A DNA stretch of 32,734 nt, taken from positions 1 to 32,734 of IMG/VR virus record IMGVR_UViG_3300048599_000264; one strand, written 5' to 3'. A program made the position numbers and the translations under genes. Below, in pieces: positions 1-8,801 of the stretch (position 1 is its first letter; each line of letters begins with the position of its first letter). This stretch comes from a virus (Duplodnaviria > Caudoviricetes). The notes beneath the pieces are model-generated. The model saw nothing but the letters and a program-made list of their open reading frames with translations. It was not told where the DNA came from and did no database searches.

Positions 1-2
1 GG

Positions 3-1847
3 AACCCGGTTGAGCATCTTGTAAAATACCTCGAGACGCTGTTTGAGGCCAGCGAGAACGTCGGCTATGTCTGCGAGTCGTGGGAGAAGGAGGGCAAGTT
101 CTTCCCCTCCAAGGGCGCCTGTGACCGCACAGCGGGGCAGCTCATCGAGGCGCTGAATAAGTGCGGGGGCGACATCGGTGCCGTCCTGGGTGACTACAAG
201 CCGGAGGTAGGCGCGTGGATCCGCTTCAACCCGCTGGACGGCAAGGGCGTCAAAAATGAGAACGTCACAGAATTCAGGTATGCCCTTGTCGAGTCGGACA
301 GCATGGATCTCGACAAGCAGAACGCCATCATCCGCGAGCTGGAGCTGCCAGTCGCCTGCCTTGTGCACAGCGGTAAGAAGTCGATTCATGCAATTGTGAA
401 GATCGATGCCGCCGATTACAGCGAGTACCGGAAGCGCGTCGACTATCTGTACGACGTGCTCAAGAAGAACGGCATGGCGGTAGATACGCAAAATAAAAAC
501 CCGTCCAGGCTGTCCAGGATGCCCGGCGTCATGCGGGCCGGCCACAAGCAATTCCTGATCGACACAAACATCGGAAAAGAATCCTGGCACGAATGGCAGG
601 AGTGGATTGAGGGCGTCAACGACGATCTTCCGGAGCCTGAGAGCCTCGCTTCTGTGTGGGACAACCTACCTCCACTGGCCGACACGCTCATTGATAATGT
701 GCTCCGACAAGGCCACAAGCTCCTGATGGCCGGCCCTTCAAAAGCGGGAAAGTCGTTCCTGCTGAGTTACCTATGCTGTGCCATTGCAGAGGGGCTGAAG
801 TGGCTCACCTGGCAATGTGCCCGCGGCCGTGTCATGTATATCAACCTGGAACTCGACCGGGCGTCCTGCCTTCACCGCTTCAAGGACGTTTATACCGCGC
901 TCGGTTGGCAGCCGGATCATATTAACAACATCGACATATGGAACCTTCGCGGCAAGTCCGTACCCATGGATAAGCTGGCCCCGAAGCTGATCCGCCGGGC
1001 AGCAAAGAAAAACTACATCGCTATCATCATCGACCCAATTTACAAGGTCATAACCGGCGACGAGAACAGCGCTGATCAGATGGCGCACTTCTGCAATCAA
1101 TTCGATATGGTGTGCGCGGAGCTCGGCGCAGCCGTGATCTACTGCCACCATCACAGCAAAGGCACCCAGGGACAAAAGCGAAGTATGGACCGCGCTTCGG
1201 GCTCCGGCGTGTTCGCCAGAGATCCGGATGCACTGCTCGATCTGATCGAGCTTGACCTGCCAGAGGCACTGATGAAGCAGGAGAAGAATAAGGCCGCTTG
1301 CAAGGCCGCTGTGACGTACCTGGAGCGCAATGTCCCCGGCTGGGACGATGCAATATCTCAGGACGACGTATGCAGCGAGAGGGCCATGCTGGACGCCTGC
1401 CGACGTATATGCAGCGTGGCACAGTACCAAGCCGCGCTCGGGCTCATAGACGCCGCGAAACGTGATGTCGATGCTCGGACGGCGTGGCGCATTGAGGGAA
1501 CGCTGCGCGAGTTTTCGAAATTTCCGCCAGTCAACCTATGGTTTGACTACCCCGTGCATCATATCGACGACATCAATGCGCTCAAGGACGCCTATATGGA
1601 TGGGGAACAGCCTCCATATCACAAGGCGACGGAGCGTCGCAAAGAAAGCGCCAAGAAGGCCAGAAGCAACAAAAATATTGAATTGGAAAATGCCATAGCA
1701 TCGGCAAACATGGGTGAACCGCCGACCGTGAAGCAACTCACCGAGTACCTTGGCGTGTCAGATCAGACCGTCAGGGATCGCATTAAAGGTCACGGAGATT
1801 ACGTCGTTGACAAGAATAACGGTGGCATAGTTGTCAAAAAAACATGA
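3..1847 (+). CDS. Phage primase-helicase (RepA-like AAA_25 ATPase), 5' end outside window
   Basis: Frame is open from position 3 (NPVEHLVKYLETLF...WIRFNPLDGKGVKNENVTEFRYALVESDSM). Primase-like VHSGKKSIHA and NPSRLSRMPG; Walker A GPSKAGKS; Walker B IIIDP; HHHSKG; SGSG; C-terminal HTH-like segment. Confidence 0.88.
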   Translation, partial: NPVEHLVKYLETLFEASENVGYVCESWEKEGKFFPSKGACDRTAGQLIEALNKCGGDIGAVLGDYKPEVGAWIRFNPLDGKGVKNENVTEFRYALVESDSMDLDKQNAIIRELELPVACLVHSGKKSIHAIVKIDAADYSEYRKRVDYLYDVLKKNGMAVDTQNKNPSRLSRMPGVMRAGHKQFLIDTNIGKESWHEWQEWIEGVNDDLPEPESLASVWDNLPPLADTLIDNVLRQGHKLLMAGPSKAGKSFLLSYLCCAIAEGLKWLTWQCARGRVMYINLELDRASCLHRFKDVYTALGWQPDHINNIDIWNLRGKSVPMDKLAPKLIRRAAKKNYIAIIIDPIYKVITGDENSADQMAHFCNQFDMVCAELGAAVIYCHHHSKGTQGQKRSMDRASGSGVFARDPDALLDLIELDLPEALMKQEKNKAACKAAVTYLERNVPGWDDAISQDDVCSERAMLDACRRICSVAQYQAALGLIDAAKRDVDARTAWRIEGTLREFSKFPPVNLWFDYPVHHIDDINALKDAYMDGEQPPYHKATERRKESAKKARSNKNIELENAIASANMGEPPTVKQLTEYLGVSDQTVRDRIKGHGDYVVDKNNGGIVVKKT

Positions 1848-1857
1848 TCACCGGGCT

Positions 1858-2069
1858 ATCCCAGACACCGAAAAAGTATGGTTGTCGGGAAACCCCGAAC
1901 ACCTTATTTTATGGTCACTTGGATTTCCCAAAAAAATATCCCGAACACCTTAATTTATGATGCTCGGGATATCCCGGTCCCGACCATATATACTACGTAT
2001 AAATTTTTTCCGTGCCGTCCTTCGTACGGGGATGGGGACCAGCGGACGTTTCGCGCTGGTTCCCCGTCC
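1858..2069. other. Putative phage replication origin (iteron-like repeats, palindrome, hairpin)
   Basis: CCCGAACACCTTA(T/A)TTTATG at 1894-1913 and 1940-1959; palindrome CGGGATATCCCG at 1965-1976; AT-rich TATATACTACGTATA; stem GGATGGGGACCAGCG/CGCTGGTTCCCCGTCC at about 2029-2069; directly after the primase-helicase. Confidence 0.5.
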
Positions 2070-2140
2070 ACTAAACGAACGACGAGGACCCCTACCCCTA
2101 AAACCAAAAGCGAAAAATAGAAAAAAGAGGCCATGTTGAA

Positions 2141-2392
2141 ATGACTGAAAAAAACATCAGCAAAAATTTAGAGTGCGTTAAAAAGATGCCACCGCTCATG
2201 CACAGAATCGAAGGTGAGCCTTTTGATATCACCAAAAGCGAAGTTGCACAATGGTTAATTCAGCAGCCCGGAGTAATGCAGTGGATATTTGACCATGTGA
2301 ACAATATCGTTCGCAATCGCAATGGAGAAGAGTTATTAATCAAATACAATCCAGACACAGGCAAATGGCAAGGCGTCGATTATGCGACATGA
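2141..2392 (+). CDS. Hypothetical protein (AT-rich, 83 aa)
   Basis: ORF with upstream GAGG, overlapping the rusA start; no recognisable domain. Confidence 0.65.
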   Translation: MTEKNISKNLECVKKMPPLMHRIEGEPFDITKSEVAQWLIQQPGVMQWIFDHVNNIVRNRNGEELLIKYNPDTGKWQGVDYAT

Positions 2393-2795
2393 GTTTTTCA
2401 TACCAATGGCGAAGCTGCCGACAGTCACACACCAGGAGAAGGATATCACCTTCACTGTCGGAGATGACGGAAAGCCGAAACCGGTTGTGTACGAGCCGGC
2501 CGAGCTCAAGGCTGTGCGGGTGAAGCTTCGAGACCACCTCGCTGGGCATATACCACTAGCCCCCTTCGCTGGGCCCCTGCAGGTCGTCGTCAAATGGTGC
2601 TTCCCGGTCACAGGCCATCACTTAAACGGCGAATTCAAAATCACCAAGCCGGACACCCACAACATGAACAAGCTGCTGTTCGACGTCATGACCGATCTCG
2701 GCTTCTGGCGCGATGATGCCCAGGTCGCCAGCGAGATCATACAGAAGTTCTGGGCGGACCTGCCGGGCATTTACATATCGATCGAAAATCTATAA
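2382..2795 (+). CDS. rusA: RusA family Holliday junction resolvase
   Basis: KPDTHNMNKLLFDVM...WRDDAQV motif (KPDxDNxxK...DD) in the phage replication module. Confidence 0.88.
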   Translation: MRHEFFIPMAKLPTVTHQEKDITFTVGDDGKPKPVVYEPAELKAVRVKLRDHLAGHIPLAPFAGPLQVVVKWCFPVTGHHLNGEFKITKPDTHNMNKLLFDVMTDLGFWRDDAQVASEIIQKFWADLPGIYISIENL

Positions 2796-2828
2796 TCACA
2801 AACGCTTGGGAATTTGGAGGAATATAAA

Positions 2829-3266
2829 TTGGACTGGAAACGTGAGGCCAGCGATAAGCTAAGGTGCTACGAGGCCCGGAAGTCAAGCATCGAGAGCACA
2901 ACCGAGGAGATCCGCCAGCTTGAGCTGTCGATCGGCAGCATCCGGAGCTCCATAAACGACAACACACCGGTATCCGGCGGCGGGGGGACCAAGGACACGA
3001 TTCTGCTGAACAACATCACTCGCAGAAAAGAGCTATTGAAAGCCCGCCGGATCGCCGATGGCATGGTGAGTCAAATCGAAAAGGCTTTGAGCCTGCTGGA
3101 CGAAAACGAGAGGCTTGTTCTCAACAGGTTTTACATATGTCCGGCAAAGGGAAATGTAGACAGGTTGTGTAATGAACTGAACATCGAAAAGGCGACGGTT
3201 TACAGGATAAAAGACCAAGCCCTACGGACTTTTACCATTGCTATGTATGGGCTAACAGAGCTTTAA
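2829..3266 (+). CDS. ArpU/RinA-like (DUF1492-type) late transcriptional activator
   Basis: TTG start after GGAGG (2816-2820). C-terminal sigma-region-4-like HTH (LDENERLVLNRFY...LNIEKATVYRIKDQAL). Last early gene before packaging. Confidence 0.8.
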   Translation: MDWKREASDKLRCYEARKSSIESTTEEIRQLELSIGSIRSSINDNTPVSGGGGTKDTILLNNITRRKELLKARRIADGMVSQIEKALSLLDENERLVLNRFYICPAKGNVDRLCNELNIEKATVYRIKDQALRTFTIAMYGLTEL

Positions 3267-3268
3267 AC

Positions 3269-3325
3269 TGTGAGAAAATCGTGAGAAAAAAATGAGACGA
3301 TTTTTTGCGAAACCCGTGTTATGAT
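3269..3325 (+). promoter_or_regulatory. Late promoter: activator-binding direct repeats plus extended -10
   Basis: TGAGAAAA, TGAGAAAA, TGAGACGA repeated at 11-bp period (3271, 3282, 3293), then TGtTATGAT at 3317-3325, just downstream of the ArpU-like gene. Confidence 0.6.
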
Positions 3326-3400
3326 AGTACCATGAACAGTCTTGTTGAGAGCGGCATCCGCGCCGTCACTCTGGGGGCTATGGCCCGGCTGACTGTTTTG

Positions 3401-3434
3401 AGAGCACCTGCTGTTATGGCCGGTGCTCTTTATT
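3401..3434 (+). terminator. Intrinsic terminator-like hairpin in the late leader
   Basis: AGAGCACC (3401-3408) / GGTGCTCT (3422-3429) followed by TTATT. Confidence 0.5.
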
Positions 3435-3451
3435 GTTGAAGCCTTGCCTAT

Positions 3452-3483
3452 GCCGTTCAGTTAATCAGCTGAACGGTTTTGTT
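3452..3483 (+). terminator. Second terminator-like hairpin in the late leader
   Basis: CCGTTCAG (3453-3460) / CTGAACGG (3469-3476) followed by TTTTGTT. Confidence 0.5.
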
Positions 3484-3510
3484 ATGTCGCAGGAAGGAGG
3501 CGCAGTTGAT

Positions 3511-3831
3511 GTGTATGAGCCGATCTATCTGTGCAGTGACTGCCGATTCGGCTATCGAAAGGCAAAGTACAAGCTCCTGCCGAACTTCAGCGATCAGACA
3601 AAAGGACACTGCGAGATCTGTCACGACCCCGAGGCGATAGCGTATCTGATTGAGCGTTGCGATACGATCCCACACTGTCCGCGCTGCTGTGTGCTGCTGA
3701 CGAAGACAGAGACGATGGAGGCAGTGTTCTTCAGCTGTAGGTGTGGCTATGAGGTCCAGCGAGACAGGCCCGAGACAATTGCGGGTCCTTCCGGGGGTTT
3801 GAAGAGCATGCGGGGCCTTCGACACCCATAA
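3511..3831 (+). CDS. Cys-rich putative zinc-binding protein
   Basis: GTG start after AGGAAGGAGG; CSDC, CEIC, CPRC and CRC motifs; no HNH motif seen. Confidence 0.6.
   Translation: MYEPIYLCSDCRFGYRKAKYKLLPNFSDQTKGHCEICHDPEAIAYLIERCDTIPHCPRCCVLLTKTETMEAVFFSCRCGYEVQRDRPETIAGPSGGLKSMRGLRHP
3783..3826 (+). other. Putative cos packaging site (lambda-like cosQ/cosN)
   Basis: GGGTCCT (lambda cosQ) at 3783-3789, 23 nt ending CG, then GGGCCTTCGACA (lambda: GGGCGGCGACCT). Spacing matches lambda and the site lies just upstream of the terminase small subunit. Confidence 0.7.
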
Positions 3832-3893
3832 TTTAGCCCCAGGAAATCAAAAATTAAACTTGCTTGTCGGGTCATATATGCAGAGGTGACATC

Positions 3894-4502
3894 GTGGATA
3901 CGAAATACATAGCACTGGCGGAGATCGCTGAGGTCCTGGGCGTCAACATACGAACGATCCAGAGGCTGACGCAGGAGGGAGTCCTGGCCCCAGAGCCCGA
4001 TCCGGAGGACAAGCGGAAGAAAGTCTATCCGCTGGCGGCGACCGTCCAGGCATACATCGCCAATCTCATGGAGAAGACGGCCGGCCGCGAGAGATCTAAC
4101 CGGCTCCTGAAGCTCGAAGAGGATAAGCTAACGGCCGAGGTCGAGCTCAAACAGTCCCAGAGTGAGATCCACAGGATGAAGAACGAAATCGCCAGCGGCA
4201 GGTACCTCCTCGTCGAAGAGGTCCAGATGGACTACAGCCGCTTTTTTGTCATCCTGAAGAAATTCCTGCTGGCCGTGCCAAACAGGGTGTCGGGCATGAT
4301 TGCTGGGCATGTGGATCCGGTGACGGCCAGGGGAATCGAGAAGGACATCTCGAAGGACCTCACCGGCATGCTCAAATCCTTCGTCGTCGCCGGACAGAGC
4401 GGCGCGGCCGCCGCGGCTAAAAAGAAAACGGCGGTGAAGAAGCCGGCCGCGAAGAAAAACGCAGCCAAGAGCAGCGGTAAAAGCGGCGGTGCTGCCAAGT
4501 GA
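3894..4502 (+). CDS. Terminase small subunit (Nu1-like)
   Basis: GTG start after GAGGTG; N-terminal wHTH (IAEVLGVNIRTIQRL), coiled coil, and G-x-Y-L...LLAVPNR core; overlaps the large subunit. Confidence 0.85.
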   Translation: MDTKYIALAEIAEVLGVNIRTIQRLTQEGVLAPEPDPEDKRKKVYPLAATVQAYIANLMEKTAGRERSNRLLKLEEDKLTAEVELKQSQSEIHRMKNEIASGRYLLVEEVQMDYSRFFVILKKFLLAVPNRVSGMIAGHVDPVTARGIEKDISKDLTGMLKSFVVAGQSGAAAAAKKKTAVKKPAAKKNAAKSSGKSGGAAK

Positions 4503-6343
4503 GGAAATATCAGCAGCGCAGGTTCGCGGCGTCGGCATATATCGCCGGCGCGCTTGACTACCTCAAGCCCCCGGAGGAGATGTCGGTTTCAGAGTGGGCG
4601 GAGCGGTACCGTGTGCTCGATGCGCGGGCCGCGTCCATGCCGGGCCCCTGGCACAACTCCCAGACGCCTTACCTAGTCGAGATCATGGACGCCTTCAACG
4701 ACTACGAGGTCGAGGAGATCATTTTCGTCAAAGCGACTCAGGTGGGCGGTACGGAGTGCATCAATAACGCGCTCGGTTCCTTCATCGACCAGGACCCTGC
4801 CCCGACGCTCATTGTAGTGCCAACCGACAAGTTGGGAATATGGACCAGCGAAAACCGTATCGTGCCGATGATCAAAGCGGCGCCGCAGCTGAAAGCCAGG
4901 TATCGGGAGCACGACTCAAGTAACCTGGAGCTGCAATTCGACAACATGTACATCTCGCTTGCCGGCGCCAACAGTCCGTCGGGCCTGGCGTCAAAACCGA
5001 TTCGATATCTTTTTCTGGACGAGGTCGACAAATACCCCGGCGCCTCGAAGAAGGAGGCCGACCCGATCAGCCTGGCGCAGGAGCGTACGAAGACTTTTCC
5101 AAATCGTAAAATCTGCAAAGTCTCGACGCCGACGTTGAAAACGGGCCCCATATGGAAGGCCAAAGAGGCGGCCGATGTCGAGAAGCATTACTTCGTGCCG
5201 TGCCCCCACTGCGGGAAATACATAGAGTTTAAATTTGCGCAGCTGAAATGGCCGGGCAAGGAGGGCGGGCTATCCAGCGCCGACCGCGCCGACATGGCAT
5301 ATTACGAATGCCAGGAGTGCGGCTGCATCATCACTGACGCCGACAAGATGCGCATGCTGCGCGCGGGGAAATGGCGCACGGTGCGTTCAAGTTCGAAGAC
5401 AGCGACGAAGGTCGCGTTCTGGATCAATACCTTCTATTCCCCATTCGTCCGCTTCTCACAGATCGCCCGGGAGTTCATGGACTCGAAGGACGATCCGGAA
5501 AAGCTCCAGAACTTCGTCAACTCATGGCTGGCCGAGCCTTGGGAGGACACGAAGCTCAAGACCAACTCCGACCTCGTCATGGAGCGGCAGACGGATCTCG
5601 AAGAGTATATCCTCCCGGAATGGACGAAACTGTTGACTGCCGGGGTCGACGTACAGGAGAACTGCCTGTACTGGACGATCCGGGCGTGGGGCGACTTCAT
5701 CACCTCGCAGAATATCGCTCACGGCCAGGCCCTCAGTTTCTCTGAAGTCGAGAAGGTCATGAACCTCGAATACAGAACGCCAGGCGGCGCCGTCATGCTG
5801 GTCGAGCTGGCGCTCATTGACTCCGGCGACCAGACGGACGAGGTCTACGACTTCTGCGCGCTGAACTCAGACTGGGCACTGCCGGCCAAGGGCGTCGACA
5901 CGCAGCTGAGCCACTACCGGCTGAGTACAGTCAACAAATCGGAGTCGAAGGCCTATGGCATGAACCTTGTCCTGGTAGACGGTGGGAAGTACAAGGATAT
6001 GATCGCCTCCAGGATGCGGAAGCCAAACGGAGAAAAGGGCTCATGGATGGTCTACAAGGGCTGCGACCGTGAGTACGCCGAGCAAGTCACAGCAGAGCAT
6101 AAGATCGTCGAGCGCATCGCCGGCGGGCGGGAGCGGCTCGTCTGGAAGCAGAAGACAAGCCACGCGGCGAACCACATGCTGGACTGCGAGGTTTATTCCT
6201 TCGCAGCCGCCGACGTCAAGGGCGTCCGGAATCTGTTCCTACAGAACGTTCCGGAGGACAAGCCGAAGGCTCAGCCGCAAAAGAAGATAGAGCAGCATGC
6301 GCCAGAAGAGAGCTGGCTCTCGCAGAACGAAAACTGGATTTAG
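4499..6343 (+). CDS. Terminase large subunit (lambda GpA family)
   Basis: VSEWAERYR, KATQVGGTE (Walker A variant), FLDEVD, STPT, CPHC/CQEC zinc motifs, GVDVQ, NHMLDCEVY. Confidence 0.95.
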   Translation: MRKYQQRRFAASAYIAGALDYLKPPEEMSVSEWAERYRVLDARAASMPGPWHNSQTPYLVEIMDAFNDYEVEEIIFVKATQVGGTECINNALGSFIDQDPAPTLIVVPTDKLGIWTSENRIVPMIKAAPQLKARYREHDSSNLELQFDNMYISLAGANSPSGLASKPIRYLFLDEVDKYPGASKKEADPISLAQERTKTFPNRKICKVSTPTLKTGPIWKAKEAADVEKHYFVPCPHCGKYIEFKFAQLKWPGKEGGLSSADRADMAYYECQECGCIITDADKMRMLRAGKWRTVRSSSKTATKVAFWINTFYSPFVRFSQIAREFMDSKDDPEKLQNFVNSWLAEPWEDTKLKTNSDLVMERQTDLEEYILPEWTKLLTAGVDVQENCLYWTIRAWGDFITSQNIAHGQALSFSEVEKVMNLEYRTPGGAVMLVELALIDSGDQTDEVYDFCALNSDWALPAKGVDTQLSHYRLSTVNKSESKAYGMNLVLVDGGKYKDMIASRMRKPNGEKGSWMVYKGCDREYAEQVTAEHKIVERIAGGRERLVWKQKTSHAANHMLDCEVYSFAAADVKGVRNLFLQNVPEDKPKAQPQKKIEQHAPEESWLSQNENWI

Positions 6344-6348
6344 GAGTG

Positions 6349-6585
6349 ATGACAATGGCGGATATACCGGAGCTGACGCCGGCGCAGATGCTTGAAGAGG
6401 TTAACAAGGCCATCTATGCCGTCTTTGTGGGAGGGCAATCCTATAAGATCGGAAACCGGACGATGACCCGCGCTAATTTAGCAGAGCTGCGGGTCATGCG
6501 CGCCGAGCTCACGGCGCAGGCCGCCGCCGGGCTTTCGGGGGACCTGATGGACAATACTTACGTGGCCGTTTTTGACGGGCGCTGA
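6349..6585 (+). CDS. Head-tail joining protein (lambda gpW-like)
   Basis: GGQSYKIGNRTMTRANLAEL motif between terminase and portal. Start may be 6349 or 6355. Confidence 0.75.
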   Translation: MTMADIPELTPAQMLEEVNKAIYAVFVGGQSYKIGNRTMTRANLAELRVMRAELTAQAAAGLSGDLMDNTYVAVFDGR

Positions 6586-6597
6586 CGGGAGGCCCTC

Positions 6598-8085
6598 ATG
6601 AGTTTTATTGACAGCATTGTCGGGGCATTCTCCCCAAAAGCCGCATACGCCCGCGAAGCATGGCGTCAGGCCTGCGACGATCTCCGGCAGTATGACGCAG
6701 GGAGCGCCGGAAGGGGGAACGCAAACTGGAGAGTCTTCAACGAAAGCGCCGAAAGCTCCGACCGCTGGAACCGGGATGTGATCCGGGCCAGGGCCCGCGA
6801 CCTTGAGCGCAACAGTGATATCGCCCAGTCTGTCGTTCGGGCGTACCGCCGAAACGTCGTTGGCAAAGGCTTCACGCTACAGGCGAAGACCTCCAGCGCC
6901 GAACTCAACAATCGGGTCGAAGCGGTGTGGAAGATATGGTGCAAGGCACAGAACTGCGACGTGACCGGGACGCAGAGCTTTAACGAGATCCTTCGCATGG
7001 CTGTTGAGCGAAAAAAGGTTGATGGCGGGATACTCATTCTCAAGCGCTACACGGCCGGCGGCCCGGTGCCGCTCACTCTGCAGGCGATCGAGGTCGACGA
7101 GCTGGACGCGACGCAGATGACTCCGAAGACGGAGGGCAATAAGGTCGTCGGCGGTATCGAATACAGTGCATGGAACAGGCCTGTCGGGTTCTACATCCGG
7201 CAGTACGACATCGAGGGGTATCAGATCCAGGACGCCGTATATGTCCCGGCAAAGGACGTAATTTTTTACTTTAGCAAGAGCCGTCCCTCCCAGATCCGCG
7301 AGATCAGCGACCTCACGCCCACCATCACGCGGATCCGGGACGTCAACGAGTTTATCACAGCCGTAAGCGTCAAGGAGCGGATCGCTGCGTGCCTCGCGGT
7401 TTTCATCAGGAAAATTACGCCGACCGGCAGCGGAGTCGGACGCAGCAGCAGTTACCAAACTGCGGAGGAAAAGTACAGCTACAACGGCAAGCGGTTGACG
7501 CCGGGCATGATCAGCGAGCTCAACCCTGGTGAAGAAGTGGATGTCGTCGACCCGAAGGGCGCCGGCGGCGACGCTGCAGCCTTTCTCAAGCTTCAGCACG
7601 GGCTCATCGGCGCCGGCCAGGGTCTCAGCTACGAGGCTACAAGCCGAGACATGAGCCAGACGAACTACTCCAGCGCTCGGCAGGGCATGATCGAGGACAA
7701 TGGGACCTACGACGAAGAGGTCGAGATGCTCGTCGGCAAAATCTTGTCTGAGGTGTACGAGACATTTGTTATTTCCGGGTACCTGGCCGGAGTGTTCGAT
7801 ATGCCCGGGTTTTGGAGTCGCAAGAATGAATATCTTGCGCATGACTGGGTGAAGGCTCCCCGGCCTTGGATTGATCCGTTGAAAGAGGCGGCGGCTAATA
7901 AAATGGCCTTGAACAGCGGGCAGAAGACGTTCAAACAGATCGCCGCCGAAAACGGGAAGGACTGGCAGGAAATGCTCGACGATATGGCCGAAGTGGCGGC
8001 GTATGCCAAAACAAAGGGAATCGACATTTCCAGCATCATCTACAACGGCGTCGCGGCCGTAACGCCGCCCGGCAATGAGGAATAG
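6598..8085 (+). CDS. Portal protein, lambda family
   Basis: RARARDLERN, GGIEY, NYSSARQG and WIDPLKEA motifs. Confidence 0.95.
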   Translation: MSFIDSIVGAFSPKAAYAREAWRQACDDLRQYDAGSAGRGNANWRVFNESAESSDRWNRDVIRARARDLERNSDIAQSVVRAYRRNVVGKGFTLQAKTSSAELNNRVEAVWKIWCKAQNCDVTGTQSFNEILRMAVERKKVDGGILILKRYTAGGPVPLTLQAIEVDELDATQMTPKTEGNKVVGGIEYSAWNRPVGFYIRQYDIEGYQIQDAVYVPAKDVIFYFSKSRPSQIREISDLTPTITRIRDVNEFITAVSVKERIAACLAVFIRKITPTGSGVGRSSSYQTAEEKYSYNGKRLTPGMISELNPGEEVDVVDPKGAGGDAAAFLKLQHGLIGAGQGLSYEATSRDMSQTNYSSARQGMIEDNGTYDEEVEMLVGKILSEVYETFVISGYLAGVFDMPGFWSRKNEYLAHDWVKAPRPWIDPLKEAAANKMALNSGQKTFKQIAAENGKDWQEMLDDMAEVAAYAKTKGIDISSIIYNGVAAVTPPGNEE

Positions 8086-8088
8086 ACC

Positions 8089-8121
8089 ATGAAAACAGCA
8101 TACGAACCGAGGCCGCCTTAA
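8089..8121 (+). CDS. Putative 10-aa leader peptide MKTAYEPRPP
   Basis: GAGGA SD at the end of portal. The stop lies in the loop of hairpin GCCGCCT-TAAC-AGGCGGT (8112-8129), followed by TTCCGTTT. Confidence 0.3.
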   Translation: MKTAYEPRPP

Positions 8122-8156
8122 CAGGCGGTTTCCGTTTATGCATCAACGAAGGAGGT

Positions 8157-8801
8157 GTGCTTTTGGCTAACCAGAGGCAAAATCAAGCTCCCGCCGCGCA
8201 AGAGGCGCGGAATAAAAACGTCGGCGTCAGAGCTCTGGATGTGTCTGCAATCCGGGCGGTGGAGGGTGCCGGCAACGAACGGCGCTTTATCCTCAGTTTT
8301 TCATCCGAGGTCCCTTACCGTCGCTGGTTCGGCATGGAGGTCCTGGACCACAAGGACGGCGCCGTTGATCTGTCGCGGCTCAATACCGTTGGTGTTGTGC
8401 TTTTCAATCACGACACGTACAAGGTTCTGGGCAAGGTCATCCGCTCATGGGTCGAAAACAAGCGCGGCCAGGCCGAGGTCGAATTCGACACCGACGAAGA
8501 CGCAGAGGTCATCTACCAAAAGGTCAAGGGCGGTACGCTGAAAACGACATCCGTGCGCTACACAATCGACGTATGGGAAGAAGTCGCCGCCGGCAAGACT
8601 TCGACGGACGGTTTTGCCGGACCCTGTGAAATCGCCCGAAAGTGGACTCCGCTCGAGATCAGCATCGTTTCCGTGCCGGCAGACGCAACTGTCGGCGTCG
8701 GGCGTGACATGGAAGACGATACGGAGCAGAAGGAAGCCAGCATGATTGGTGTTTATGAGCGCCAGATCACAATCAACAAAAACTTTTTAGGAGGTAACTA
8801 G
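8157..8801 (+). CDS. Prohead maturation protease (HK97/U35-like)
   Basis: FSSE, LFNHD, TSVRY and WTPLEISIVSVPAD motifs; AGGAG SD. Confidence 0.9.
   Translation: MLLANQRQNQAPAAQEARNKNVGVRALDVSAIRAVEGAGNERRFILSFSSEVPYRRWFGMEVLDHKDGAVDLSRLNTVGVVLFNHDTYKVLGKVIRSWVENKRGQAEVEFDTDEDAEVIYQKVKGGTLKTTSVRYTIDVWEEVAAGKTSTDGFAGPCEIARKWTPLEISIVSVPADATVGVGRDMEDDTEQKEASMIGVYERQITINKNFLGGN

Noticed and set aside
1878-2139. ORFs 1878-2120 and 1957-2139
   Set aside because: They overlap the repeat/hairpin origin-like region, lack a convincing SD and have no protein-like features.
3835-3845. AGCCCCAGGAA matching the 5' arm of the dispersed hairpin
   Set aside because: Only 11 bp with no complementary arm; probably chance or part of the cos region.
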